Shown: piece by piece, positions 15,839 through 23,552 of the stretch
How positions within the stretch are numbered: the first letter of the stretch is position 1
How the letters are laid out: each line of letters starts with the position of its first letter
Source: a virus
Strand: one strand, 5' to 3'
Length of the DNA: 47,334 bases
IMG/VR virus record: IMGVR_UViG_3300045988_179273
Program-made: the position numbers and the translations under genes
Notes under the pieces: generated by a model
What the model saw: the letters and a program-made list of their open reading frames with translations, nothing else
Databases searched by the model: none
What the model was told of the DNA's origin: nothing

Positions 15839-17056
15839 ATGCTTCCACTCGAAGCTATCAACAGAATTCGGGTACTCTCAGAACGGGGCATGGGATCCAA
15901 AGCGATAGCCAAATCAACGGGGATCTCGAGAAATACCGTTCGCAAGTACCTGTCTCACCTTCAGACACTAACGCCCATTTCTTCAGAGGTGCAACGCCCA
16001 AGTCGACTCGACTCTTTCCGAGATCAGATCCACGAGTGGTTCCTTGCTTGCAGAGGACATTGTCCGGTTGTACTGCGCAAGATTCAGAGTGAACTCGGGG
16101 TATCGATTAGCTTGCGACAGCTACAAAAGTACTGTCAGCCATGGCGTACTCAAGAGCTACACGTCAAAGAAATGACTCAGCGCTACGAAGTGCCTCCCGG
16201 GGATGAAATGCAAATTGACTTCGGGTTCGACGAAGTCTTAATCGCCGGAGTCAAGACTCGCATATGCGTGTTTGTTGCGGTGCTGAGCTACTCCAGAAGA
16301 GTCTTTGCCAAGCTGTATCCGGTGGAGAATCAGGCAGCCTGGTTAAACGGCATCGAATCCGCCTTTGAGTATTTCAGCGGTGTTCCCGTTGCTGTTGTCT
16401 CCGACAACACACGCTGTCTCGTTGACGGAAGAGCGGAACATGGCCAAACCATCTTCAACCGTCGCTATCTGCAGCTATCAAGGTATTGGCAATTTGTTCC
16501 GGTCAATTGCAAACCCTACAGAGCCAAGACCAAGGGCAAGGTTGAGCGCATGGTTGGTTACGTTAAAACGAGCTGTTTGTCCGGACTTGAGGCGCCTGAC
16601 CTTCATGATGCCCAGAAACAAGTTGATGCTTGGATGCGCATGGTTGCGGACGTGCGTCGCATTGATGGCTTGGAGGGACGCCCAATTGATCGATACCAAG
16701 CTGAGGTTATGGCATTAAAACCTTATATGGGTCCGAACTTGAGCCAACTAAGACTGGAAACGAGAAAGATAGATATCAGCGGTCGAATTCAAATTGACGG
16801 CGTACAGTACTTAATCCCTGGAACAGATGCCGGTACTGTCGTCGATGTTTTCATTGAGGAAGAAGCAATTGCGGTGTTTCTTCATGGTCAATGTATCACG
16901 CAACTGAACCGAACCGCTGACGCTTATCAAGCTAGCACATTTAAGCATCGACAGAAAGAAATTTGGGAGCCGGGCAATGTCCAAAGCAGTGGTCTGGATC
17001 GATCTTTAAGGGAGTACGACCGTTTTATTGAGGAGAACAGCCATGGCCGTTGTTAA
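15839..17056 (+). CDS. istA: IS21-family transposase IstA
   Basis: ATG 15839 after aaggag. N-terminal HTH (GMGSKAIAKSTGISRNTVRKYL). DDE-type core (EMQIDFG, VVSDN, KTKGKVER). Confidence 0.9.
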   Translation: MLPLEAINRIRVLSERGMGSKAIAKSTGISRNTVRKYLSHLQTLTPISSEVQRPSRLDSFRDQIHEWFLACRGHCPVVLRKIQSELGVSISLRQLQKYCQPWRTQELHVKEMTQRYEVPPGDEMQIDFGFDEVLIAGVKTRICVFVAVLSYSRRVFAKLYPVENQAAWLNGIESAFEYFSGVPVAVVSDNTRCLVDGRAEHGQTIFNRRYLQLSRYWQFVPVNCKPYRAKTKGKVERMVGYVKTSCLSGLEAPDLHDAQKQVDAWMRMVADVRRIDGLEGRPIDRYQAEVMALKPYMGPNLSQLRLETRKIDISGRIQIDGVQYLIPGTDAGTVVDVFIEEEAIAVFLHGQCITQLNRTADAYQASTFKHRQKEIWEPGNVQSSGLDRSLREYDRFIEENSHGRC

Positions 17057-17843
17057 GGCGATTTCCACTCAAGAGCTTGCGGCTTTGGCCAACCGGCTAC
17101 GCTTGACATTAATTCGTGACCGAATGGAAGAAATGTTGACGATGGCCGTGGACAAGAAGTTATCTCCAAGAGAAACTCTGGAATTCTTCTTTCGTCAAGA
17201 AATTCGGCGTCGAGAAGAAAATCGTATCCGACAAGCCATCATGGGGGCTCATTTTCCTGCAGTACGGACGTTGGAAGATTTTGATTTTGAGGCTCAACCA
17301 TCAATTGATGTGAAACAACTAAAAGAATTGGCACAACTCGAATGGGTTGGGCAGGCTAAAAATGTTCTTTTTCTCGGACCGCCGGGAGTCGGAAAGACTC
17401 ATTTGGCCATTGCATTGGGACGGGAGGCAATCAAACTGGGAATGAGTGTTGCCTTTTACTCTGCTGAAGAGCTTGGATCGTTGTTGGACAGGGCGCTAAA
17501 GGAAGGAACAATTAAACAAAAGCTGTATCAGCTTTCAAAACCAAAATTGCTAGTCCTTGACGAATTTGGCTATACGCCGTTTTCGTCAGTAAGTGCGCCA
17601 CTGCTGTTTCGGTTGATTAACAGCCGATACGAACAGAAAAGCATACTGATCACCAGCAACAAGCCCGTTTCCGAGTGGGCCGGCGTGTTGGGGGATGCAA
17701 CCCTGACAACTGCTATGCTGGACAGATTGTTGCATCACAGTGAAATCATCGTGATTCGCGGAGACAGCTACCGTCTCCTGGAGAAACGAAAGGAAGGACT
17801 TTTAACCTCAGCCAGGGCTGTTGGTACAGCTTTGACTGATTAA
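17043..17843 (+). CDS. istB: IS21-family helper ATPase IstB
   Basis: ATG 17043 after gaggag, overlapping the istA end. Walker A GPPGVGKTH, Walker B LLVLDEFG. Typical IstB/DnaC-like length. Confidence 0.9.
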   Translation: MAVVKAISTQELAALANRLRLTLIRDRMEEMLTMAVDKKLSPRETLEFFFRQEIRRREENRIRQAIMGAHFPAVRTLEDFDFEAQPSIDVKQLKELAQLEWVGQAKNVLFLGPPGVGKTHLAIALGREAIKLGMSVAFYSAEELGSLLDRALKEGTIKQKLYQLSKPKLLVLDEFGYTPFSSVSAPLLFRLINSRYEQKSILITSNKPVSEWAGVLGDATLTTAMLDRLLHHSEIIVIRGDSYRLLEKRKEGLLTSARAVGTALTD

Positions 17844-17900
17844 CAACAGGGGCTCAATTTAAACGACGTTTTCGGGGGTCAATTCAGAGGACGCTTGACA

Positions 17901-17909
17901 CCTGTCAAA
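17901..17909. repeat. Right copy of the target-site duplication (cctgtcaaa)
   Basis: See 15705-15713. Confidence 0.8.
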
Positions 17910-18038
17910 ATATGTCATATTGCGCAATTACTTAGGTACAATCCACATTTTCTCTTTGAAAAATAAGGACTAGTATTTTCCCTGAAACATAACGGAATTT
18001 ATCTATTAACTTCTCCTATTTTCAGGAGAGAAAGGAAA

Positions 18039-18230
18039 ATGCAAACATACAGATGTCCGCGATGTAACAAGAGACTATTCGATGCTGAAGATCTGAAAAC
18101 AGCGATAACAATAGTGTGCACTCGATGTAAAACGACAGTAACCTTCAACTACCTCCCCTCGGGGAAACCCGAACGGGAATCCCCAAACCAGGCCTCTGAG
18201 CCTTCAAAAAAGCCAACCGAGCTTCACTAA
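18039..18230 (+). CDS. Com-like zinc-ribbon protein
   Basis: MQTYRCPRCNKRLFDAEDLKTAITIVCTRCKTTVTF has two CxxC pairs with the spacing and context of Mu Com (..RCKNCNKLLF...IRCPRCK..). Strong SD aggagagaaagga. Confidence 0.7.
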   Translation: MQTYRCPRCNKRLFDAEDLKTAITIVCTRCKTTVTFNYLPSGKPERESPNQASEPSKKPTELH

Positions 18231-18268
18231 AAACCTCTGAGTTTTTCTTCTTTTTTTAGGAGAAAATC

Positions 18269-18754
18269 ATGGCTGAATTTGCTTCCAAAGGTGTGGCGGG
18301 AAGCGCCCTGGGACTTGGAATCGCAGGCCTCTCTGTCGCGCTGTTAAACGGTGGTTTGGGTGGCATCGGCGGCATCCTCGGTGGCGGGAATACCAACGCC
18401 TACGTCGATTCTTTGAACTCTAAGATTGCCGAACTCAATGCCGAGAAATACTCGGACAAAGTCGGCATCGAAGTCTTCAAGGCCTCGCGCGAATCGGACG
18501 CGAAAACTAACGCTCGCTTCGAGGAAATCGCTCGGACGATTGCTGACATGCGCGTTCGTGAAGCGCAGACTGCAGGGAAAATCGATCTCGTTGCTGCGAC
18601 TGCCAATCAGGGCATTGCCGCGAACAGCGCGGCCATCGCTTGCCTGCAGAACACGGTCGCCGGCATCACGAAGATCGTTGTGCCCAATAGTTCCATCTGT
18701 CCTGGGTGGGGGAATGTGACGATTACTCCGGCCTCTACAACTACTGCTGGCTAA
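18269..18754 (+). CDS. Hypothetical protein with Gly-rich hydrophobic N-terminus and coiled-coil
   Basis: 161 aa with SD aggag. N-terminus GVAGSALGLGIAGLSVALLNGGLGGIGGILGGG. Function unknown. Confidence 0.6.
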   Translation: MAEFASKGVAGSALGLGIAGLSVALLNGGLGGIGGILGGGNTNAYVDSLNSKIAELNAEKYSDKVGIEVFKASRESDAKTNARFEEIARTIADMRVREAQTAGKIDLVAATANQGIAANSAAIACLQNTVAGITKIVVPNSSICPGWGNVTITPASTTTAG

Positions 18755-18771
18755 CGTAATGGGAGGGCATC

Positions 18772-19104
18772 ATGAAACTGCGAACAAACAAAGTTCCGGA
18801 AATCGTCTCTGAGTTCCTGCTTACCCGCGTTGTATCCAAAGCACCTACGTCTGCGTCACAGTTTGGCTTGGGGTTCCTCGTGCCTTATGTGTCGCGGAGC
18901 GCTCAGGGAATGGCAGAAAACCCCCTTCTTAAAACCCTTGGTGTTGTAGATGGCGAAGGCTCAATTGACCTTGATACAGCACGTAACTCGGCGATTGAAG
19001 CGCTCGGGAAGGCCGGAGGCAAGGTGACAATGTACGGCGTTACGTTTGATAGCACGGACATCGATGCCCTCTTCGAAATGGCAAGAAAATACTCTGACTC
19101 TTAA
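18772..19104 (+). CDS. Hypothetical protein
   Basis: 110-aa ORF with SD gggaggg. No motif recognised. Confidence 0.55.
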   Translation: MKLRTNKVPEIVSEFLLTRVVSKAPTSASQFGLGFLVPYVSRSAQGMAENPLLKTLGVVDGEGSIDLDTARNSAIEALGKAGGKVTMYGVTFDSTDIDALFEMARKYSDS

Positions 19105-19119
19105 CGGGAGACTCTAAAA

Positions 19120-19293
19120 ATGGATATGAAGGACTTACGCAAGTTGCGCAAAGAACAAACCGAGGAAGCGCTGCTTGATCGCATCGATGAAATCCTTGAC
19201 GAGGACAACATCAGCTCTGTTGATGTTGAAGAAATCAAGGATTGTTGGAAGGCAATTTGGTACGCGCACCAGTGCTGTAAAGAAACTGCGTAA
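19120..19293 (+). CDS. Small acidic hypothetical protein (57 aa; below the ORF-track cutoff)
   Basis: Translated by hand: MDMKDLRKLRKEQTEEALLDRIDEILDEDNISSVDVEEIKDCWKAIWYAHQCCKETA*. It fills the gap before the holin. The antisense ORF 19135..19389 is judged spurious. Confidence 0.4.
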   Translation: MDMKDLRKLRKEQTEEALLDRIDEILDEDNISSVDVEEIKDCWKAIWYAHQCCKETA

Positions 19294-19423
19294 CAGAGAC
19301 ATTTGGAAAGGGAACCACACGGCCCGAGGACAGGACATTCCTTGGGCCATTTTTATGGGTGTGCGCATATCGAGTGACCCGTTGGCCAAAATCCTTGCAA
19401 GTTACAAAACGAGGGGTTTTGCC

Positions 19424-19864
19424 ATGCTTTCTGAGATTTTGACGGAGTTAATACCGTCCTATTTTGAGCGGTTTGTGCTCGCAATAGGCGGCGTTCTTGG
19501 TTGGATGTGGGGCATGGCCTTTGGGGACGTCCACCTTGCCATGGCCTGGTTTTTGACGATTATGCTGAGTGACTATGTTTCCGGCGTCTATCGCGCCTTA
19601 CGCATGGGAGAATACAGCAGCAAGAAGGGACTTAATGGGATCATCAAAAAGTTTCTTATTTTGTGGCTGTGCGCGCTGGCGCATGGGCTAGACGTTATCG
19701 TCGGACTGACCATTATTCAGTCCGCATTCATCGGGGCCTTTGGGCTCAATGAAATGCTTTCGATTATTGAAAACCTCGGCAGGGTCCATCCGGGACTAAT
19801 CCCAGAGCAGATTCAAAACTTTCTCACCGAGTTAAAAACGCGAGGATTCGCTCGTAGATACTAA
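19424..19864 (+). CDS. Holin (phage_holin_4 / LL-H-type)
   Basis: ATG 19424 after gagggg. 146 aa with multiple TM segments and MLSDYVSGVYRALRMGEYSSKKGLNGIIKKFLIL, typical of this holin family. Directly upstream of the lysozyme gene. Confidence 0.75.
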   Translation: MLSEILTELIPSYFERFVLAIGGVLGWMWGMAFGDVHLAMAWFLTIMLSDYVSGVYRALRMGEYSSKKGLNGIIKKFLILWLCALAHGLDVIVGLTIIQSAFIGAFGLNEMLSIIENLGRVHPGLIPEQIQNFLTELKTRGFARRY

Positions 19865-19878
19865 GTTAGGAGACATAA

Positions 19879-20337
19879 GTGGCCACTTATAACCCGTTCT
19901 CATCATATAACCCAAATGTTGCAATTGACTTTATCCGAAATTTCGAAGGATGTCGGCTCAAAGCGTACCAGTGCTCTGCGGGGCGATGGACAATCGGCTA
20001 CGGGCACACGGCAGGCGTGACCGAGGGCATGGCGATTAGCCAAGCGCACGCCGAGGATTTGCTCCGAGCCGACGTGATTGACTGCGCTGGGCGTATGGCA
20101 TCGTACATCAAAGTGCCCGTGACTAAATGGCAGTACATCGCGCTTGTATCGCTGTCGTTCAATGTGGGCGACCTGAGACGCAAAGCGCCGAAACTGCTGC
20201 ACTATCTCAACGCAGGTCAGGAAGACAAGGCCGCGCACGAGTTTTTAGACATTGTGAAAGCGGGTGGAGTTCCGTCCAAAGGGCTGAAGACTCGGCGAGA
20301 GAAAGAAGCCAAACTCTTTTTGAGGACTGAGGCATGA
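19879..20337 (+). CDS. Endolysin, phage lysozyme (GH24-type)
   Basis: GTG start after aggag. Contains IRNFEGCRLKAYQCSAGRWTIGYGHT, the catalytic-Glu motif of T4/lambda-type lysozymes. Confidence 0.9.
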   Translation: MATYNPFSSYNPNVAIDFIRNFEGCRLKAYQCSAGRWTIGYGHTAGVTEGMAISQAHAEDLLRADVIDCAGRMASYIKVPVTKWQYIALVSLSFNVGDLRRKAPKLLHYLNAGQEDKAAHEFLDIVKAGGVPSKGLKTRREKEAKLFLRTEA

Positions 20338-20522
20338 GCGTTTTAAATACAGCCTGTGTTTGGATTTTTATTTATGGAACGGGATCGATTCTCGCTGTGT
20401 TGTTTTACGAAATTCTTAAAAAGATATTGCCTCGCGTAATCGCCTTCACGCTCATGTTTGCCTACTGTTTCTCAATAGGGTGGGTGTTTTGCGGAACGTT
20501 TAAAGCATTTGGGGTTTCATGA
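20334..20522 (+). CDS. Small membrane protein in the lysis cassette
   Basis: 62 aa with two hydrophobic segments. Start and stop overlap the neighbouring genes (ATGA). Confidence 0.55.
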   Translation: MSVLNTACVWIFIYGTGSILAVLFYEILKKILPRVIAFTLMFAYCFSIGWVFCGTFKAFGVS

Positions 20523-20986
20523 TTGCTTTTATCAAAACAGTGTTGGCATTCCTGACCACCTACAAGAAATACGCATCGGCGCTCCTAATCATCGCAGGGT
20601 TTGCTCTTTCGGCTTGGCTTGGGAGTTCATACCAAAAAGCCAAGTGTGAGGCGCAGATTGCCGATTTCAAGGCGCAAATCGCTATTCAAACCGCAGAACA
20701 AAGGAAGAGTTATGAAAAAAGAATCTCCGAAGCGACAAGTCGCTTGGTTCTGGAAAGCCGTCGGGCTGATGCTAATCGCGCTGAGCGTGACGATCTGTTG
20801 CGTCGGTTGCGCGTCGCAAGTGCCCGTGCCGACGGAGCGTCAGCAAATCCCGACCGCTCTTATCGAGCCGAGTACGCCCAGTGCCGACGCTTTCTCAGCG
20901 AGGGTGCGGGACTTCTTAGCGAGGGCAGTGCATTGGCTGGAAGAATCGCAAGAGAAAAAGACGCACTAGCTACCCTCGTACACTAG
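20519..20986 (+). CDS. i-spanin (Rz-like)
   Basis: N-terminal TM (ASALLIIAGFALSAWLG) followed by a charged coiled-coil. Contains an embedded lipoprotein ORF in the +1 frame. Confidence 0.75.
   Translation: MIAFIKTVLAFLTTYKKYASALLIIAGFALSAWLGSSYQKAKCEAQIADFKAQIAIQTAEQRKSYEKRISEATSRLVLESRRADANRAERDDLLRRLRVASARADGASANPDRSYRAEYAQCRRFLSEGAGLLSEGSALAGRIAREKDALATLVH
20712..20969 (+). CDS. o-spanin (Rz1-like lipoprotein), embedded in the i-spanin gene
   Basis: ATG 20712 after aaggaagag. Signal peptide plus lipobox ..GLMLIALSVTICCVGC|ASQVPVPTERQQIP. Pro-rich mature part. Lies entirely inside 20519..20986. Confidence 0.7.
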   Translation: MKKESPKRQVAWFWKAVGLMLIALSVTICCVGCASQVPVPTERQQIPTALIEPSTPSADAFSARVRDFLARAVHWLEESQEKKTH

Positions 20987-21068
20987 ATGTCGTATGTGCA
21001 AAAAATGCACAGATGCCTGCTAGCAATTAGTCTTTAGGAATCTCCTCTCTCTTGACGCTGATTATAGT

Positions 21069-21103
21069 AAAGCGCAGCATCCCGAAAATCCGCTGCGCTT
21101 TTG
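21069..21103. terminator. Bidirectional terminator between the convergent lysis and early-left operons
   Basis: aaagcgcagc-(13-nt loop)-gctgcgcttt, with T-rich tails on both strands. Confidence 0.6.
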
Positions 21104-21145
21104 TCTGCCTGACTGTGTCAGTCCATAGGCGTCATCTCCACAGAT

Positions 21146-21544
21146 TTAAAAAGGGCAATCTTCCTCCGGTGCAGGACTTGTTTTACGCACGTTAGTTGAG
21201 CGCACGTCTGCAGGCTTCTTGTCTAAAAACTGCAAGTGCTCCCCAATAATTTCCGTGACGTAACGATCAATGCCGTCTTTGTCAGTGTACTTGCGCGTGC
21301 GCAGCCGACCTTCGATGTAAACCATCGAACCCTTTTTGAGATACTGCCCAGCTACTTCTGCTGACCGTCCGAACAGGCTGATGCGGTGCCATTCGGTTTC
21401 TTCCTGGGCGTTGCCCTGGGCGTCTTTGTACTTTCTGGAAGTCGCAGCGCTTAGGTTGCAAATTGCGCTTCCGCTTTGTGTCTGGCGCACCTCGGGATCT
21501 TTTCCGAGCGTACAAATCAAAACCACTTTATTCACGCTTGCCAT
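21146..21544 (-). CDS. ssb: Single-stranded DNA-binding protein
   Basis: OB-fold N-terminus MASVNKVVLICTLGKDPEVRQTQSG..TEWHRISLFGRSAEVAGQYLKKGSMVYIEGRLRTRKY. Acidic C-terminal tip EEDCPF (a variant of DDDIPF). Confidence 0.9.
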   Translation of the reverse strand: MASVNKVVLICTLGKDPEVRQTQSGSAICNLSAATSRKYKDAQGNAQEETEWHRISLFGRSAEVAGQYLKKGSMVYIEGRLRTRKYTDKDGIDRYVTEIIGEHLQFLDKKPADVRSTNVRKTSPAPEEDCPF

Positions 21545-21770
21545 TATTTTTTTCTCCTTCTTTCTTTAGCACCTTCGCCAGCTTCTCAGCTACGTCGCGC
21601 GGCAGAACCATGGAATTTGAACCCATCACCATCTCACTGTTATCTGACAAGTACACAAGAAAAAGCGAAGTGATACGAACGGCTTTCTCGCCTTTTTCAA
21701 TGCACAATCGGCGCGTTGGTTTTTTCCTCACTCCGTCATCGTAAAAATCAAAGTCAATCCATTCCCTCAT
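21528..21770 (-). CDS. Hypothetical early protein
   Basis: 80-aa ORF, translationally coupled (overlaps both neighbours). Confidence 0.55.
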   Translation of the reverse strand: MREWIDFDFYDDGVRKKPTRRLCIEKGEKAVRITSLFLVYLSDNSEMVMGSNSMVLPRDVAEKLAKVLKKEGEKNNGKRE

Positions 21771-22066
21771 AATTTCTTCTGCTCCTTTTGCTCGTATTGC
21801 CCGTTGATTTCTGCGATATACAAATCACGATGCATATTGACGGCTTCCCACATTTTTTTATCTAATTCCGTGCAAAGTTCCCCCGCCTCGTCTGCATATC
21901 GCCAAAGTTTGTTGTAAGCGCTTAGGTCGACAATTAACGACAAAAGGCACTCGGCGGCGCAGTGATGCAAATTAACTTCGTCCACCGACTTCGCTGATTC
22001 AATTCTAGAAATTTCTATTTCGACGGCTGTCCGAATGTTTTGAAGCCAGACTTCAGTTTCAGTCAT
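21767..22066 (-). CDS. Hypothetical early protein
   Basis: 99-aa ORF with overlapping stop/start on both sides. Confidence 0.55.
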   Translation of the reverse strand: MTETEVWLQNIRTAVEIEISRIESAKSVDEVNLHHCAAECLLSLIVDLSAYNKLWRYADEAGELCTELDKKMWEAVNMHRDLYIAEINGQYEQKEQKKL

Positions 22067-22347
22067 TTTGTTTTCTCCTTTTGTTCGATGAATTCACTGT
22101 CTTGTCTTGCTTCAATCACCATCGCGTAGTAAGACAGTGCATTAGCAATCTTTCGCGCTGTGGATGAGTCAAATCGTTCCTGCACGTTTATAGACAAGAT
22201 GCCTTCAAACGAAAGCGCAACTTCTTCGTTGATGATTTTTACCACTGCGACCTGAGTTGCCTTGCCGCGCATCTGACGATATTCAATCGCAATTTCCGGA
22301 CTTACATTCCCATAAGGAAACTCTCGCAAATCAAGCTCTTCACTCAT
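22063..22347 (-). CDS. Hypothetical early protein
   Basis: 94-aa ORF, coupled to its neighbours. Confidence 0.55.
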   Translation of the reverse strand: MSEELDLREFPYGNVSPEIAIEYRQMRGKATQVAVVKIINEEVALSFEGILSINVQERFDSSTARKIANALSYYAMVIEARQDSEFIEQKEKTK

Positions 22348-22588
22348 CTTTTCCCTCCGTTTGTTCGTTATTTCTCCGAATTTGGCTCTCTAACTGACCG
22401 GCACACGATTCGAGCAAGCGAGATATCCACTGTGCTTGCTTTGTGTTTACTCCGACGACTGATGAGTATCCGTTTTCGTTTACGTTGACCAACAGCACTT
22501 GGCTTCGCTCGAAGTCAACACCGACCGATAGATATACTTTTGTGTTCGCGCTTGATTTCTTTTCGTCGAATCCTTCGGTAATTTTCAC
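22340..22588 (-). CDS. Hypothetical early protein
   Basis: 82-aa ORF, coupled to its downstream neighbour. Confidence 0.55.
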   Translation of the reverse strand: MKITEGFDEKKSSANTKVYLSVGVDFERSQVLLVNVNENGYSSVVGVNTKQAQWISRLLESCAGQLESQIRRNNEQTEGKDE

Positions 22589-22606
22589 TTTTGTTTCCTT
22601 TTAGTT

Positions 22607-23056
22607 TTAAAAGTTAAAAGCCAACTGTTTTTGAATTATTTCGCCTCGCACCGGAGCAGGGCGCTCCGGCTCTGCGCCGTACTTAAATACATAACTCACC
22701 GCATCCATAACCTGCTGCGTCGCGTTTTCGAACGTATCGGCAGAGACGAGCGCTGCTGTTGCGATGTACGGATTGTCTACAATCGAGACTTCGTAACGGA
22801 AGTGAATTGGTTTATTAAGATTCTCATCAACAATCCGGGCAACTTTGGGGTATGTCTTGCGTGACCACTTGTCAACCGGAGAAACCTTGACGCCAAAGCG
22901 GTCGATAACGATGCGAACGCCATTGCTCGTGAATGTTCCGCTCCGACTTTGCTCAATGTGGTTCAGTATCCATTCGCGAACGACGCCTCTCGGAAAATTC
23001 TCGATTTTCTCTCTTAGCGCCAGGCGACTCGGAATGTGATTTATATCGAAAACCAT
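22607..23056 (-). CDS. Hypothetical early protein (149 aa)
   Basis: ORF 22607..23230; start chosen at ATG 23056 after ggaggagaataATG, overlapping the upstream TAA. Confidence 0.55.
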   Translation of the reverse strand: MVFDINHIPSRLALREKIENFPRGVVREWILNHIEQSRSGTFTSNGVRIVIDRFGVKVSPVDKWSRKTYPKVARIVDENLNKPIHFRYEVSIVDNPYIATAALVSADTFENATQQVMDAVSYVFKYGAEPERPAPVRGEIIQKQLAFNF

Positions 23057-23298
23057 TATTCTCCTCCTTGCGCTTTCTTTGCGTGGGTTGCGATTGCGAT
23101 TGCGAACTTGAGTGACTCCTCTGGAGAGAGGTCCATTTGCATCGTGACTAGATCTTTTCTGACATTGATCTTTACCCGACCGCCCTCGTGAGAAACTTCG
23201 ATTCTCGATTTTGGCCTTGCCAAAGCGCACACTTCTTCAACAATGTCATCTACAAGCCACATTCGCTTTACCTTCGTGTCCAACGTTGTTGCGTGCAA
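23056..23298 (-). CDS. Hypothetical early protein
   Basis: 80-aa ORF (an internal start at 23262 is possible). Overlaps the 3' end of the Xis-like gene. Confidence 0.45.
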   Translation of the reverse strand: MHATTLDTKVKRMWLVDDIVEEVCALARPKSRIEVSHEGGRVKINVRKDLVTMQMDLSPEESLKFAIAIATHAKKAQGGE

Positions 23299-23473
23299 TG
23301 CGTTCGCGTTCTTTCATCCAGTCAGTGATTCTCTTTTTCGAGAAAACCCATCCCATGGGCGTCCGAAATGCGCGAGGGAAGTTGGCTTTGGCTTGCCAGC
23401 GATAGATCGTGCGCTGGCAAACGTTCCACTCTGATAAGAGTTGCTTCCAAGTGATGTAATCGTCGAGATTCAT
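23246..23473 (-). CDS. AlpA/excisionase-family HTH protein (candidate Xis)
   Basis: SD aaggag. ITWKQLLSEWNVCQRTIYRWQAKANFPRAFRTPMGWVFSKKRITDWM matches the AlpA/Xis-type winged-helix pattern. Confidence 0.65.
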   Translation of the reverse strand: MNLDDYITWKQLLSEWNVCQRTIYRWQAKANFPRAFRTPMGWVFSKKRITDWMKERERIARNNVGHEGKANVACR

Positions 23474-23502
23474 ATTCGTCGTCTCCTTGATTGGCGACTA
23501 AG

Positions 23503-23541
23503 GGGAGGGGCCCGGAGTCCACCCTGAAGAGGCCACCTCCC
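23503..23541 (-). repeat. GC-rich intergenic hairpin (H4)
   Basis: ggggaggggcc ... ggccacctccc: a 10-bp stem with one bulge and an 18-nt loop, between the annealing-protein stop and the Xis-like start. No T tract follows. Confidence 0.6.
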
Positions 23542-23552
23542 GCTCAGTCAAG

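Larger units (their letters stand above)
15714..17900 (+). mobile_element. IS21-family insertion sequence (2,187 bp) with istA-istB
   Basis: The ends align ungapped as inverted repeats: left tgttgggcgaactcttaaagtacccccgaaa, reverse complement of right tgtcaagcgtcctctgaattgacccccgaaa. Repeated aattgaCCCC-type subterminal motifs. Overlapping istA/istB. 9-bp flanking direct repeat. Confidence 0.9.

Noticed and set aside
21050-21075. TTGACG ... TATAGT as a promoter
   Set aside because: The two hexamers are only 5 nt apart, which is incompatible with sigma-70-type spacing.
20987-21145. A tRNA or small RNA gene in the convergent gap between the lysis and SSB genes (and in 1066-1432, 17901-18038)
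   Set aside because: No cloverleaf-compatible acceptor or T-arm (GTTCRANYC-type) sequence is seen. The gap is explained by a bidirectional terminator hairpin.
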